Shown here: in pieces, positions 13,331-28,300 of the stretch | Layout of the letters: each line of letters begins with the position of its first letter | Position numbering within the stretch: the first letter of the stretch is position 1 | Origin: Ophelia neglecta | Taxonomy: Eukaryota | Direction: 5' to 3' | NCBI GenBank assembly: GCA_965285935.1 | Contig: OZ260663.1 | Coordinates: 33,914,001-33,978,000, forward strand | Length of the DNA: 64,000 nucleotides | Program-made: the position numbers and the translations under genes | Notes under the pieces: model-generated | What the model was told of the DNA's origin: nothing | Databases searched by the model: none | The model's input: only the letters and a program-made list of their open reading frames with translations

Positions 13331-16300
13331 GCACAGTAGCTAAAAGGCGACTCTAGACCTAGTTGAATCCTAAGCTAAAAAGATTTTTTGATAAATCAGC
13401 AGTTTTCCATGATTCGAGTTAAGCCAGAAATAAAATATTAAGCGTTGGGCAAGTAGTGTGAAGCAATGCTTTAATAAATTGCCACCAAAATAGTTAGGTT
13501 ATTTGCATAGGTGATGCATTAATATTCTTACTCTTTATATCAATGAAGAGGCTTACATCGTGATCTACATGTAGGCATTGCTTATTACATGGGAACGCTA
13601 TTATTTTGTAAATAATGAGGATAATTTGTTCCATGAGATAAGAGATCAGTTGACCCACTTACAAACAACCATCAATCAGGGAGAACAAGCCATCTCAGAA
13701 GCATTCCTGCTTCCTATGACGAAGACAAAATGCAGGTTGTAAATGACTAAGTATCATTTGATTCGGGAAATAATGAATGAGAGGGAAGTAGATTATGTCT
13801 TTAGAAATTTGCTGCATTATCTTCTATGAATAATGTAATGTTTTATTCGGAGATGAAGGGAATGGACGTTGGATTTTGGTAATTTTTGCCTACTTCATCC
13901 TAACCTGAATGGATAGAAAACGCGTGCAAAGGAATACCTTGATTTATACAAGTAGCACGGACACTAATTGAACTCGATTGTCCCACTCTGGTCATCTACG
14001 ATAAAACTCATCGAATAATATTAATAAGCGCTTGTCATGACAATATTAAGGGTGTAAAAATAGCATCATCCTTCTTAATTGTCTTTTATAGACTGCACTT
14101 GGTCCTTTAATCGCCCATGTGGTGTCGATGTAAATTTATGTTATTTAATTTAGTATATTGGTATTTTAATAAACTTATAAATTTCGTTTCATAACTTTCA
14201 GTGGATCATGTAAGATGAGATTCACTTTGTAATGTATCTAAAACTACACTGCCGTTTACTTATGCTTTATACAATTGGTGAGTAAACCGTTGATTCTTTA
14301 AACATCGGGCGTTTATCCCAAAGTACGAGAAAATTACTTTTATATTTCACTGGATTGAATCACGATAAAATTTAGACTTTAAGAAGGTAGATACCTCTTA
14401 TATCCAGATTTCCGGTCAGAAATTTAGATATTAGACAAAATATAGCTACCGATAGTACATGAGACGTAAATTGGAAATATTGTTCATGAATCTTTCCTTA
14501 TCCTACGGGCATATCTCAGGGGTCAGGACTCAAAATTATTCATCTAAAGTCCTTTTATAGTGAAAGTTTAAAAAATTAATATTCTCCACTGCCATTGTGT
14601 CAATAATTGCGATGAGACATATGGATGATCCCAAATAGTAACAAGAAGGACAACATTGGGTAACCATGCTATTTTTTTCTCAAAAAAATGATTTAGAAAA
14701 ATCAAGGATTAGCCAAAAATGTCCCAAATTAGATGATTCTTCGTGGCTCATTTATCTCATTTCACAATATTGGGTTTTAATAATGGAAAAAAATAAGCCG
14801 GTGATCCATTTTCTTCTTGGAAGTTCCAAACGAAATAACATGTGTAATAAATGGATCAAGCCTTAATTTTTATGCTGAAGCGGCATCAGTATTTATATTA
14901 TTGTTGCGGGAAATTCTCTTCAACCACTGACAACATGGTCCCTATATAAGATGCGTCCGGAAGGTCCGAAACAGCAGTAACAAAAATACTCCTTTCTGTT
15001 CCTGGCTTTGGCTCTTCAATATATCATATATCGTCCTATTGTGACCGTCAGGTCAAGAACAACATTTAACCTTGACAAACGATTCAGTTTATTCTTGTCC
15101 ACTTTCTTCTTCTGTAGACTTCACAAAGTAATCCTTTGTCCTGCCTGATTTCCTCAGGTTAAGGTGAATGCTTTGCATCAATAATGGCCTATTCCGGGTT
15201 CTCAGATTGGATGAAACCATACAATCATCGTCTGATTGAAACCAAAAGCAGTCGAACTCTCACAAAGTGGTGCTTCGTGACTGTCTTGAGTGGTCCAATC
15301 AATTGGTATTTACCTTCTTGTCCTGTGACATGCCACACTATCAGTAGATTTTGTGAAAACGTGGTCTTTCGGCCTGTTCTTTCAGTTTCAAACACTTCAC
15401 CATTCTTCGCCTTTTAGGTTCGGCGATTTCATATACCATATCTAGTTTCTTTTAATATACTCAGTAAAATACCTTTGAGCGATCTCTCTAGCCTATCCCA
15501 GGGCTAGGGTCACGTGTGACTGCTGCATACTTATTGATATATATTCTCATGATTCTTGGAATACCCGAGAGGAAACCAGTCAAACCCCACAATGCTGGTT
15601 AAAATTGGACAACTTCCTCTAAACTGAAAGCCATGCGCTGGTTTCAGAATGTAAATGGGATAGCACAATCGATGAGATATAAGCAAAGTTACTCTCCAGC
15701 CATTAAGAACCTTTTACATTCTTCAAATATGTTTATATGGAGATTATTGCATATGCAGTCTTACATTTATACCAACGCCTGGTTTGTTATGCACACTTCT
15801 AGGCCATATTTCAAATTAACCTCACTCTGCCAATTTACTTTTGTTTTGTGGTTTGTCTGAAATCATGCCTTAAAGCTTCTCATTCCAAGCGATGTCATCT
15901 TTGATGAATATTAGGTTCACGCCTTTTTTCTCACTTTTTCCTTTTGGAAATGTTAATGTGTTGAATATTAAAGGCTCTGCAACAGAGTTGTTCTTTATAA
16001 CCCCAGATCAATTTAAGGCATTTAGATTGCATGATTATTAAACATCTGCCGCGATTATGCAACCTCACCTGAACAGTACCTTTATAGCCCGATTAATTTA
16101 TCATGTATGAAGGTAGTACGTCCGTGCTAACTAGTTGACTCTGCTGCATAGCTTTAGGCAAATGCGTTAGCAAGATTTAATATTCATTGTATTTACTTAA
16201 CTATAAACAAACTTGCTGTACAGCAAAGATGTTTAAGTGATAGAGTAGCGTTAATACTTTCCACACATTGCACATTATGTAACATTGTTAATAATGTGAC

Positions 16301-17962
16301 TCACTTGGTTCTATATGTATACAATCGGGCAAGCTAATAGTAGGAATAGTAATAATTTGAGGTATGTTCAAGTACGTTAAAAGAACAAACACATTTGAGA
16401 AATTGTTTGTATTATTTGTCTGCTGGCTGTATTCAAACCTTTGACCCTGTACATGTTTTCAATAGCATTGATTCGTCCAGCGACCAAATTCCTCACGGTA
16501 GTTTCGACTTTATTATGGCAAGAACGCTTTACTTGGACATTGCTAATAGAAAGGACGATTGCCACACATCTGCCGGCCGCTTGAACAGGAGGAAGTAAAC
16601 CCGCGGAAGTGCACATGTTCATTTTTGAAATACAGCAAATATCTTTACCTTTCTTTAGTTTGACATAACAAATTAATGTTAAAGAAAAATTGTATACGTA
16701 TATATAAAAACAAATGCATACCATCTTAGAATGAATGGTGTTAATACAGGAATAAAGTTCAATGATTAACTTTAGATCGTTCATTATTAATGAGCTAAAC
16801 AATTATATTGGAAGACTTTCTGCAGTAGTTGCATCTACGCTATTTTCAATCTGGGGCGTTTTAACTCAGAAGAGCTGAGTTCTCGATCTAAGAAATCGAT
16901 TATTCCGGTGTTAATACTCAAAGGAATGGTGATATCTAAGTCTTGATCGTTGTAATGAGAAAGACCCTAGCTACGTTGAGACATTGACTTAAGGTCTAAC
17001 ACAAGCCTCAGGGTGATTGGGTTATGTGCATTGGGTTTTACAGGAATTACAAGCACGATAAGGACTGAACCATTCCGTGAGTGTAACTTTATTTTTATAT
17101 GAATACAGAACATTTTCATGATGTTCGGATACTGCAGCAGATCAATAGCTCAGCCGCAGATTTATTTAGTAAACATGCCTTGGAAAATCCAGGATACTGT
17201 TAACAGTCTACGACACTAGGTGTCTCAACTAATGTAGGCAGAATCAGGTATGGGCCAATATTAATATACTTTTCACTTTCGTCGTTGTCGAAAGGGCACA
17301 TCGAGCGTACTTTAGGAAAAATATCTAAAGTATAGTGCGGGTGTGATAGAGGTAAAGTGTCCCTTACAGGCGCTTCAATGTAAGCAGAAGGTAATACACA
17401 ACCAGTACATATATATCAACATGCCTAATGTAATGGCTATGATAAAATGAACAAGATTGGTGTAATACAAATTATAATAATCACAAAACAATGGAGCCAG
17501 TGGTCATAGTAGGCTGAAGGTGAAATATGTCCCAGATTCTAGGATGAGGTAGGCTCTTTCATGATAAAGGTTAACGTTCAATCAGTGACTTCCGGCTGTT
17601 GTATAGGTGGAGTCTGGAACAAGGGGAGTAGATACCTCCAGACAAAACAAAATCATTCACCAGGAATAATACTTTAAAACGGCCAAAATCAGAAACAAAC
17701 AGCTGAGGGCCTACAAACGATCATGTCCAGCCTCCTAACAGTAATTTCTGTTTTTAAAAATAAGTCATTTAAATTGCACGGTTTTACTTTTTACGTGCGC
17801 TGTGTCTACCGTTATAATAAAAGACTGGTTATGTTTTGGGTCTTACCAATACTTGGCTAATAACAACAGAAATTTTTGTACTGCCCGATACTATATGATT
17901 ATGCACGACATTGACGCCGCACTTCCTCAATATCCTAGCCTTGATTGATAAGCAGCCCCCGA

Positions 17963-17981
17963 CCCCCCCCCCCCCCCCCCC
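17963..17981. repeat. Poly-C tract
   Basis: C19. Confidence 0.9.
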
Positions 17982-18439
17982 TGGATGGACAGCCAGAATC
18001 AGTACACGGCAAATCTACCGCCGGAAAGGAGCCAGAGAATTAATCATCCCTCAGCCGGTACAGCGTTTGGCAGATGATCACTTGTGCATGCCACACACCT
18101 GTTCCGAAAAGCAATATATTTTTAGAAGCCTGGTGATTGATCATGTAGATATATAATCGGGTTATCATATTTGGCCCTCAACGTTAATGCACTCGTCTCG
18201 GCGGCGTCAATGATATAGCCTCATAATACCTGTTTTGGGATTATGCATCATGTTCATATTATATGAACGAGCTACTGACGTAATGCTGGTATTACGTTGC
18301 TAGCATATTAGCAGGAAAACCATGCTTACCAGAAAATACCACACCTTATTAAAGATAAAAATATATAGAAGTGCATTACAAATATCGAAAGCATTAGGTT
18401 ACCGTTAATTGGAAGTGATGGTTTCCCTCTCCTGCTTAC

Positions 18440-18501
18440 CTTTACATTTAACTTCTACTTGCGGCCAGGCTCTGCGCATGGTGAAAAACCAACAGATTCG
18501 C
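18440..18501 (-). other. Candidate exon, possibly a first coding exon (MRRAWPQVEVKCK)
   Basis: Acceptor CCTATTTTCAG, CACCATG at 18479, open frame to donor AAAG|GTAAGC. Confidence 0.35.
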
Positions 18502-19309
18502 CTGAAAATAGGTAGACAAATATTAACAATAAATTGACACGCACACGTACCATCCCAAAAGTTAATTCACATACAAAAACTATCAAGACAAGCACAAAGA
18601 CGCCAGACAATACTAGACACGATACAAAGATTGATCACAGGTCGACCATAAATTGGCGGTAATCATTATACAGAATGATTGAAAGTGTATCGCTCTTCGA
18701 TCCATACTCAGTATGTGCTTTGGCAGGCGCCGATTGCAGTTTCTGCTTAACATAATAAATTTAAAGGTAAATGTCACCATAGATGTGTTCAGTTCTAACC
18801 AATGTAGTAATGAAGTTTGTCATTCAAGCCAGGCAAAATGAATATAATACGAAATACTTCCATGTCACAGTTTTCATGTCAAATGATCGTTTGGCTGCTC
18901 CAACGGGAATGTGTGCCATTAAGAAACGTTGTCATTATAACGAGGCGATGTTCCTAGTCGATCTTGTGGATCATTCGCAAGCTACACTGTCCTGTGATGG
19001 TTAGTACAGTGATGATGTGCTGGTACCTGCCTGTAATGTGCTTCTTTAATTAGTTGGGCTCCACTTGTTCTGCCATCAATATTCCGACTAACGTTCCTGT
19101 GTCGCAGAGATCACACAAAGAAAAAACACATTCAATACTGAATCCTTATTAGTGAAAATTGGTCCCCTTACACAAAGCCTACTTTTAAATAATGCATCAG
19201 TGATTCGTCTGGGAACTCATAAAGATAAATACAAAGAAATAAGTATGAAAAGATCGACACATTATTTCCATTTCCCGGTACATAGAATGTGGAAAAGGGT
19301 AAACATTGT

Positions 19310-19340
19310 TTCTGTCTCTGTCTCTGTCTCTGTCTCTCTC
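19310..19340. repeat. (TCTCTG)n microsatellite
   Basis: About four tandem hexamers. Confidence 0.85.
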
Positions 19341-22300
19341 GCCTCCATCACCTTAGCAGTACCAAGAAAAATCGTTTAGAAGCTTTTGTTATTTGCTGAT
19401 CACTCCGAAAAGGGGGTTAGTTATACTTTACGTTTTTCCGGTGGGCCTGTATCGCCAATTTTGTCTTCGAAGCTGTCGATATTGCGTCACAGAGGGAAAC
19501 AAACCCGTGCATATTTACCGCAACATATTTTGCATTATTTTAAATGGGGAGAGGATCAATAGAGACTTTACAAAGTCCTAAGTGCAATATGAAATCTTAT
19601 CGAGTTTTGGCTTCGGGCAATGTCAAACATCAAATATTTAGGCCAGATGGTTTGAATCAGAATAACTGTCAGCTGCAATTTAAACATTAATTTAATACGA
19701 AGAAAACAAAATTGTAAATGTCGTTAATCGTCACCTTGTTGATAGTGCGAGTAATCTATGGTGATTCAATTGTATTTGATGCCAACGGTACGGCTGACAT
19801 CTAATTTGTTTCCTTTTTCATCAGTTGTTAATCATTTGTTAATCGGTTGAGTACACTCTCCAGGACGCACCCAATTTCCAATCAGAAATATCTCAAACAT
19901 TGAATCTAGGAAATCGAATTTGGTGATTGAAGAATATCAAGTTTATGCACTTCAGTCACTCGATTCCTGTAGAGCAGCTGGCCCGGATAAGATAGGCCGT
20001 CAAACAATGACAAAGGCAGTCTTGCCACTATCCAGATTTCTTTGATTACGCTTTTTAGTGCATTGCGGAATCCAAAACATAAAAAAATGGAAGCAACCAA
20101 ATGACGTCCAAATTTTATATCAATGGTAAAAGATTGCAGCCATACCCTTCTTACCTAAGGTTTCCGGTAGGGTCTACAATACTGGTCTGCTGTTAAAACT
20201 AGATTTGTATGGATTAAGTTGTGCCACATATAACCTTTTTGCTTATTATTTATCTGACAGACAGCTGTTGTGGGGCTGACCCAACTTGAGGACTGTGTCA
20301 CGCATGTGTGTCTGTCCTTGTTACCGTCTCTGTTCTGGTTTTGACCTACTTAACTAAATTTATATAACGACATTTTGGAAAAGAACCCTGTCTTCTTTCT
20401 ATTTTTATTCAATGGCAACATCTTCTGGTCGAAGACGCTTATTCGGTCTTCTTATTACTTTATTTCCTGGAACAATCCAGGATAAATAAATATGATCAAA
20501 CGGAGCTTTTGTTGAACTTCGCCTTAGATTAACGTATTTACATGCAATGCAAGACAAAAAGACGAACTTGTCTGGCAACATCGAATAAAGCATGATCGAG
20601 TAGCTTTTATAATAAAAAAATGTTTGAAGCAATGCTTCAAGTACTCTGGACAGCTTCCGTTTTCTATCTGAACTTTTAACATGGAAGGCTCGTCCTGAAT
20701 TCAGTATCAGCTGGATCCCTTTATTAGTTATGAATCATTCTAACCTCCCAACGAATCCGCACCCAGGCTGTTCTGCCATGGTGCTGCGGTGGATTGAGTT
20801 GGTAAAAATAGTATAGGTTACATAATGTTATTATATAGGAAGCAACATTGATTGTTCTATTCACTTATTCGACCAATATTGGATTGATTAAAATATAGAT
20901 TATACACCTTATCTAGCAACGGTCTACAAATGTTTCAAAACTTAGACCGTGTATTACGCTTAACAAGCACCAAGCATCAACATAATAGCAATATATGCAT
21001 CGTATACTGATATCGTTGCTGCACCCTTGCAAAAGACATCGTTCATATCCCTCGGGGTGGGTGGAGGGGGGGGGGGGTGTGTGTGCTAAATATTGACGCA
21101 TAACACGCCTAGGAAAATGTTTTCATTACCTTAGCCCATGTTCCTATACTAGTATGTTTTAAACTAAACATAAATATTTATGTGTAGCATATATCAGTGC
21201 GTTTTCCTCTACATGTGCAACTATGTCTCATGTCGCAAAATCAGAAACCACCATACCTCTCAAAGTCTGAATAGGATTTAATTTGGCTTGAACCAAATTA
21301 AATTTAAAAACTCATCTGATTTTAATTTTCAGTCACATAGAAAAGACCTACTGGCTCTATGTTTTAAGTTTCATTTCAACGTTCGCGTTATTCACATTGC
21401 GCCTTGTATTCATCTAGATCAATATTTGGGTCGAGAAACACCTATTCCGTCGGCGTGTCACGTTTGGGTTCACGTTTGATCACTGTTTACGAACAGCAGC
21501 GAATACGCTGTTGCATGCCGTGGTAGAAGACGTTCTAATTTTCAAAATTGATGAATTATATTGACTTACAGTTCTCCAGAATATGAGTAAGTGGCCAACA
21601 AATGGGCACATGGCAATCTGTCCTTTTTAATGGCGGACCCTCAATGTCCACTAAGGCCAGATGATTCTGTTTGGAACCGACACCTATACTGAGTATCCAG
21701 GAATTTCAGTTTGTAGGTGATAAACATGTCACTCACGTAGTGTTCTGCAATTAACCTGTAAGTTTGTTATAACACAATATTGTTTATGTGGTACTTCTTG
21801 TCATCTTAAGTGTTGTGGTTAATTAATAATGCTAAGCAAACTGAACTAATTTCCTTTATTAAATGCAACACAACGATTCCACAAGTTATCTAGAAACTTA
21901 ATTAAAGAAAAACATTAAACAAGTAATAATCATGAAAACCACGTAGATTTTTATTAATGTGTGCCATCAACTATGCAAGCGCGTTACACTACAACGGTCA
22001 GAAGCTTCCTAATGAACCAAACCACGTCAATCTTAGTCACTCCATTATATCAGTATTTGCCCTAGAGAGTCTTGTGCATCATCGTGCTGTAAGTCACGTC
22101 CTCCTAGCGCTTTGTGTCGCTGAGAAAAGGCCTTGTCTGAATGTTGTGTCTTTCGCTCAGGAAATTGCAAGGCCTAGATAAGTCGCCAAATCGCCGACTG
22201 GTCAATATTATGTTCCGTTATATTCCTCGGGCTTATATAAGCAGATAGTTGATGGATTAAATCTTGTCGTGGGTTCTTGCATTGCATTTGCACCTTATAA

Positions 22301-25300
22301 CTTAGAAATCCTGTTTGTAGCAATAAAGATCATTGGAATGAACTAATTAACGCCATTGATTGGGTTGCTTATATTGTATCTTTCAAAACACAAAATCCTT
22401 TTTAAAAACTAATATGATGAAGGCAACCCTCGAATTGCCTTTCTGAATGTACATTTCAACGGTAGATGCAAGTGTAATTGTGTTTCAACTACGTATTCAT
22501 GTCTCAGTATCCAAGTTAACATTTTCCGGCGCTTGGAGGCGCTGATGGCTGCCCGAAGGCGGAGCTGATGCTACCAGAGTCGACCACTATCAGAATTCGT
22601 GCCGTCTTGTTTCATGATTAGGGACAATGTTTTCCATAAAGATAGCAGAAGAACCGCCAAAACAAGGCAGTCACAATTTCTATACAATATGCAAATTGTC
22701 CATTAGAGACATGTCAAATGGGGATTGTCGTGTGCTTTGCGTGACACTAAAAAAGTGTAGAATATTAGAGCCGCTGTTAATTGATAATATGAATATATAT
22801 CACAATTTAAAATCAAAGAAGACCACTTAATTGTTCTAGGCACATCGACAGGGGAGGGTTTGTGCCACTACCTGTGGAACACAAATCAAGCTTATCAAAG
22901 ATGGACGTGATTTCACTACGTTGAACGCTTTGGCTAGCATTCGATAGGTATCAAGTTTAAACAGGGAACCTAGTTATCCCTCTTAGGCCCGAAATACGCC
23001 AGTTTTGTATCAATACATTCACGGTTGACATTTGGCAGAATTTACAATTGTGTTAGGACACATCCCGTGGAAACATATAGGCCTACATGTTTGATTGGGT
23101 TAAGCCAAAAGCTCAGTACGTTGAGGTTCGCCTGTTAAAATGGATGCTATGCTGTATACAAGCCTTTTGTTTGCCTCCAAAACGTCGTGATCGGACGGCT
23201 AGATATTTCCACGGCTACCCTTGTTAATCCACCAGTTCATATGTATTATTATTTTCGCAGAGAACTCCGCCATCTATCAAACTACAGTGCATATAGTGAA
23301 GCTGCTCCCCGGGACGCGCAGTGATGGCAAAAGAGATGTCGACCAAAATTCGAAAAATCAATTATCATAGGTGCATACTACTGGTTTGACATATCTTTCA
23401 TTCTGAGAATTATTTGAATAAACGTATGAAAAAACTTGATGCTGTCCTACCTCCGCTTTGATGCTGGTGTTGTTGTTGCTGCAAGATTTACTTGACTGTG
23501 ATTTGTGATCAGATAAGAAAAGTTACAAAGTCATACTCTTCCTAGTTTTCCTAACACACAACTGGTAGTAGCTGCTTACTTTTTCATTAAACCTATCTGG
23601 AACCAATATCTTACAGTCAATGAATTATAACTACTTTGTAATCAGGTGCCAAAATCGATTCCGTGAGCAATTGGAGTATCTCTTTATCGCTAATCTTCCT
23701 ACAGATAATAAAATCTCCCGTTGTCTGTTGTATTGTTTGAATTCGCAAGCCAGCAAAATAGGCTTCGTGTAGTTTTTATTTATATGCATTATGACTCTGC
23801 TTTGGAGCTGTTGTCTCATATGATGGCAAAGCAAGTCGGGAATGTTGACCCTGGTCTCGGCGCTGGATCATGTTGCAGTAAAACCGCTCTGTTTATGTAA
23901 CCCTCTGCCATACCTCGGGATTAGTTCTCCGTTATCAGCTCGTTGCACCTACTACACAAGAAAATTATTGTTTGCCCTGAACTGAAAAAGCAACCGTATT
24001 GAGCGATCTTCTGTTGAGACATGACAACAACCGTCATTGAACGCATCACTCGACGGTCATATTCTCATTAACGAGGTGTGACAGGTAATATACACAGAAT
24101 GGAAACTTTGGTTGAAATGACAGAAATAATTTTACATCAGCGCTCTAAATCTATTTGCACAAGTCTTTGCTTGGCAGAGTTATTAAACGTTGTAATACAT
24201 TAACCCGGATTCATGAAAACACACCCCATCTTATTCAGGATAAATAGTTCATGGTATATTTTATTTTGTTTACAAGGCAGGGGCAATAATGATTACCGTT
24301 ATAAGCATACTTTTAATTGATTGCTGATGGCTATCGTATTTGGTTATTTACACTTCGTAAGTCGAATTTCCATGATTCTGCCAGAAACACGAGGATGTTA
24401 CTCTGACAATATTCTCATCAACCCGTGTGTGAAACTTAATTGTTTTTCCTACCGAGCAAAGTTATGAGATGAATGAATTTCTAGGGCTTTTGGGCTGTTG
24501 CCTTATACAAGAAAACATATATAATTACGTTGGTGCCGATAATATTCGCAGATGTTAAGGATAATTGATATCATTTTTTTGGGTCAAAGTGTCAATTATA
24601 TATTAATTGAAAATTTCATCTTGCCTTTTATTGTATAATTTAAACTGGTATCTGACAGTGTTTTGTCAAGTCTCTATTATGGAGCAAACAAATAGAGCAT
24701 GTTAAATTGTAACCGAAAATTGTAACCGAAAATAGATGGCCCGAGCCAAAGGTCAGTGTTTGCCCTTAGGGGATCTTCACAAATAGGATGACGTTGTATA
24801 TGAATTATGCTAGCATAAATGAAATATTAAAGAAAATTGTCTAATTTATTGAACATTCAGTTCGCATTAGACATTTCGGTTAATCTTCTTCGTGCTATAG
24901 GCTACATTGGATTCTCAGCAGTATTTAAATGAGTCCAACCCACTGCAAGGCATGTATCGACCTTGGTCCAAATAAATGAGCAATGAGCATTCACAATGGG
25001 ACTGATTATATCTGTACACCACGTAAAGCCCCCAGGAGATGTATCATGCTGCTGAGTTGGACATGTTTCTTGGGCAAAACATGAAAGGGTGCCATTAGGA
25101 AATTGAGTTGCAGAATAAAGGAAAACCACCGAAGGCGAGCAATATGGCATCGGCCGAAAGGTCACAAAATCGGCAACGTATATAATGGGGTTTTAAGTGA
25201 GTCAGCATATTTGTATTTGTATATTGGCACAGTAATGATGGTTAATAGACTGCGTGGTGAGCGGCTGTCCTGATAATTGAAGCTGTCGGACGTCATTGAT

Positions 25301-28300
25301 CATATTAACCATGGAGAAATAGGGCAAAAAGTTGAAGTTTCTTATCCATGGCAGTTTTAGTCCTTATTTGAAATATGTTTAAACCGTATATCGGCGAAGT
25401 GTAAATTTATCACTATATCAATATAAGATACCAAATGCGGCTAAAATACGCTTAGGGTTTGGTGTCTCCTCTAGCGTTTGGTTTTGAACATCCGCCGGAT
25501 GTAGAATGGAAGAAATTTCCAGTAACTATCGAAATCAGCGTAAACAGAACCAGAACGTACTCTGATCTTTGTAGCTTGCCAACTTTAAGTATAAATATTA
25601 TGGAAATATATTGATAGAGAGGATTTATGAAAAGCTCAACCCTCTTGATCTTAAGTGGTTTTGGCATTACAAATATTGTGAAGGTTTGGGTGGAGCATAA
25701 GTGGAATATAATAAGTTTTTAATTAGATTAATCGAACACAGTACATTATTGTCATTGCCTGACCGTTATTGAACAGTCAATTTCTGACTTCGAACATAAG
25801 AGTCATTATTTCATAGATTGTTGCAAATTTGTTGTTCTTTTGCTAATGTCACCTTTGGCAATCACGATAAAACTATACATACTATACATTTCGTTTAGAA
25901 TCGGATCAGTCTATAACTTCGAGTTGATTGTTCCGGTGAAGTATGCACCTGTCGGCCGCTGCAGATGCCAAATCTTTTATAAAATCTGCATGATTTGATG
26001 CATATTCCTTCGTTTAAATATCCACGCATATGTGTTTTACATAATGGACTAATATACACTTGGTAATAATCTTCAAAATGGATTAACACCGTGACAGACG
26101 ATATATTTGTTATACAGCCACTCGTGGCAGTATACATTTATCATTGCTAGAATACCTCGAAGCTTGCACATATGGTTGAAATGAGTAATTGTATGGTTAG
26201 AGGTTTCTGAAGCAAAAGTAAAAGAAACAAACCTTTCATCAAGAGCTAAAATTCTCGAAGAGAATAATGCATCATTTCCTTAACCCAAAGGCCGTTACCA
26301 TCATTCCAAAAAGCCAGTCAATTTTCTCATGGGGCCAAAACCTCACGGCTGGCTTTCTTTCGGTGAAAGACGTGCTTTTTTTGGAACCGTCCTGCCATCA
26401 ATCTCCAGCATTTGTGGTACTCTGTACTAGGAGCGAACCCTCACGACCACCGCATGTAAGCCGACTGTTCGCCAGGGGATTTCAATGTTCACTGTTGGAG
26501 CATGAACTATTATGTGAGAAAATGTGAGCACCCTTCTTTGATTTTGTTTATTAAGACAATGTCACCTCTAGTCTCTTAATTTTGAGACAGTTTAGGCCAT
26601 CATAGAATCTTAATGTTAGAGCATAGTTCATCTCTGACCAACATTGCACATGAACTCGCTTGTTTTGTGACCTTTCTGACTTGCACATTAAAAAACTGTC
26701 GACTATTCACAAATGTCTGAGTATGCACCGATCTGAAGAAGAGTTTGTTCGCACATAGTGCATTCTTCCAACGTACTGTTAGCTGCTTTAATAGTAAACT
26801 GGTACAAGACTAGCAAACATGCTTGCTTCTCCAAAGAGGTGGTAATGAAGACATATGTATGTTACATGTAATTTGATTGTGCCTTCGAAGCAAATGACAC
26901 AATTTGCAAGATTGTAGCTGCAACATCGACTGAAGCAATAATTCTGGCAAACGAACGGAAATGAAGACAAATATTAGAGAACACCAAATGTGACTTACAC
27001 ACTCAATGGTGTGATCTTAATATAAACTTCAACATCCCGGTGCTGACATTGGGGTGATTAGAAACTAATATTATCATATTGTTACATGAATCCTAAAATC
27101 GCACATCAAACAAAGGTGAAGAGGAAAGTGGACGTTATACATATAATATTGGAAATCTTGTGTTCCATCACTTTCTCCTGTATGAGCTCAAATATTCTCT
27201 TACTAGTTAAAATCTTAGATTATAGTGTTAAACAGTACTTATCTCGTATAATGATCAACACCAACAAATAGTGGTCTTACAACGATTCCATGTTGGAATG
27301 ACATATTATGTGTTTCATCTGACTTCGAGCCAATAAAAATCTATTTTTGGCTTTTCCCTAGCATAGGAGCTGTTGGTGGTGATAATTGTCTTGTCATAAA
27401 TAGCAATGTTACCTTTGGTTTTTTTGCTCCCCTGCCCAACTCATTAGTATGTGTACGATTTGTTATCATAAAAGTGGATAATACAACTCAATGGCTCGAG
27501 ACAATAACTCTTAATAATCACAGCTATAAGATGAGTACTTCTTCAGAAACCTTGCCAATGGGAAATAATTCCCTGCAATAATACAAAACAACTTATTTGA
27601 GGGATCACTCCCTGGGACATGTAACATATATTAACCAAAAATAATAATATATACAGGGCGTTACATGTAAACTGCAGACACAGAGCGATTATAGCACTTT
27701 TCACAATTTAATCATTCTTCTATTTAGTGTACAGATGTTTGGCATACTGTTTTGTGACCGTTTTCAATTCCTGCCATTTATATAAATATTAGTGAATGCT
27801 AATCTGTGCTTCATATGGGGAAGCGACTTTATAGCATTATAATGAAACAAGTGTGTATTCCATAAATGATGACTCTAGTCATACAATCAGATTGAAGTAA
27901 TCAAAATGACACATTCGATATTTCCTTGGTCAGAAACTCAATCTTTCTTCCCGGTTAATGTCTCATTGAAAAACATGTCACAGCTGGGGGACATAATCTA
28001 TACAGCTTGCCGCGGTCAGAGACAGAATACAAATGTCGGTAGTCGACCCCTTCTGATTAGAGGTTGGCCATTGGGTTAAGGTGTTTACCACCAGCTAGAA
28101 GCAACTGCAACGGCCAGGCGGTTATCCGCCCTGTTTTACTTATATATGGCGAATAATGACTCCCCGACTGAATCTATCGTTCGCATTGGAATTATTCCGA
28201 TAATCAACTACTTTGAAACACGACTTGCAGGGGCTTCATTAAGGTACCCATTAAGTAAAGAATAAATGCCAGCCCAAGAGCATATTCAAACCGTTGGAGA

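Noticed and set aside
16377-16802. 141-aa minus ORF and overlapping 67-aa plus ORF
   Set aside because: AT-driven composition, no domain, no convincing exon boundaries.
19160-19170. TTGGTCCCCTT matching the start of miR-133
   Set aside because: Match stops after 11 nt and no precursor hairpin is visible.
24707-24733. 13-bp direct repeat (aattgtaaccgaa x2)
   Set aside because: Simple slippage duplication; not an array.
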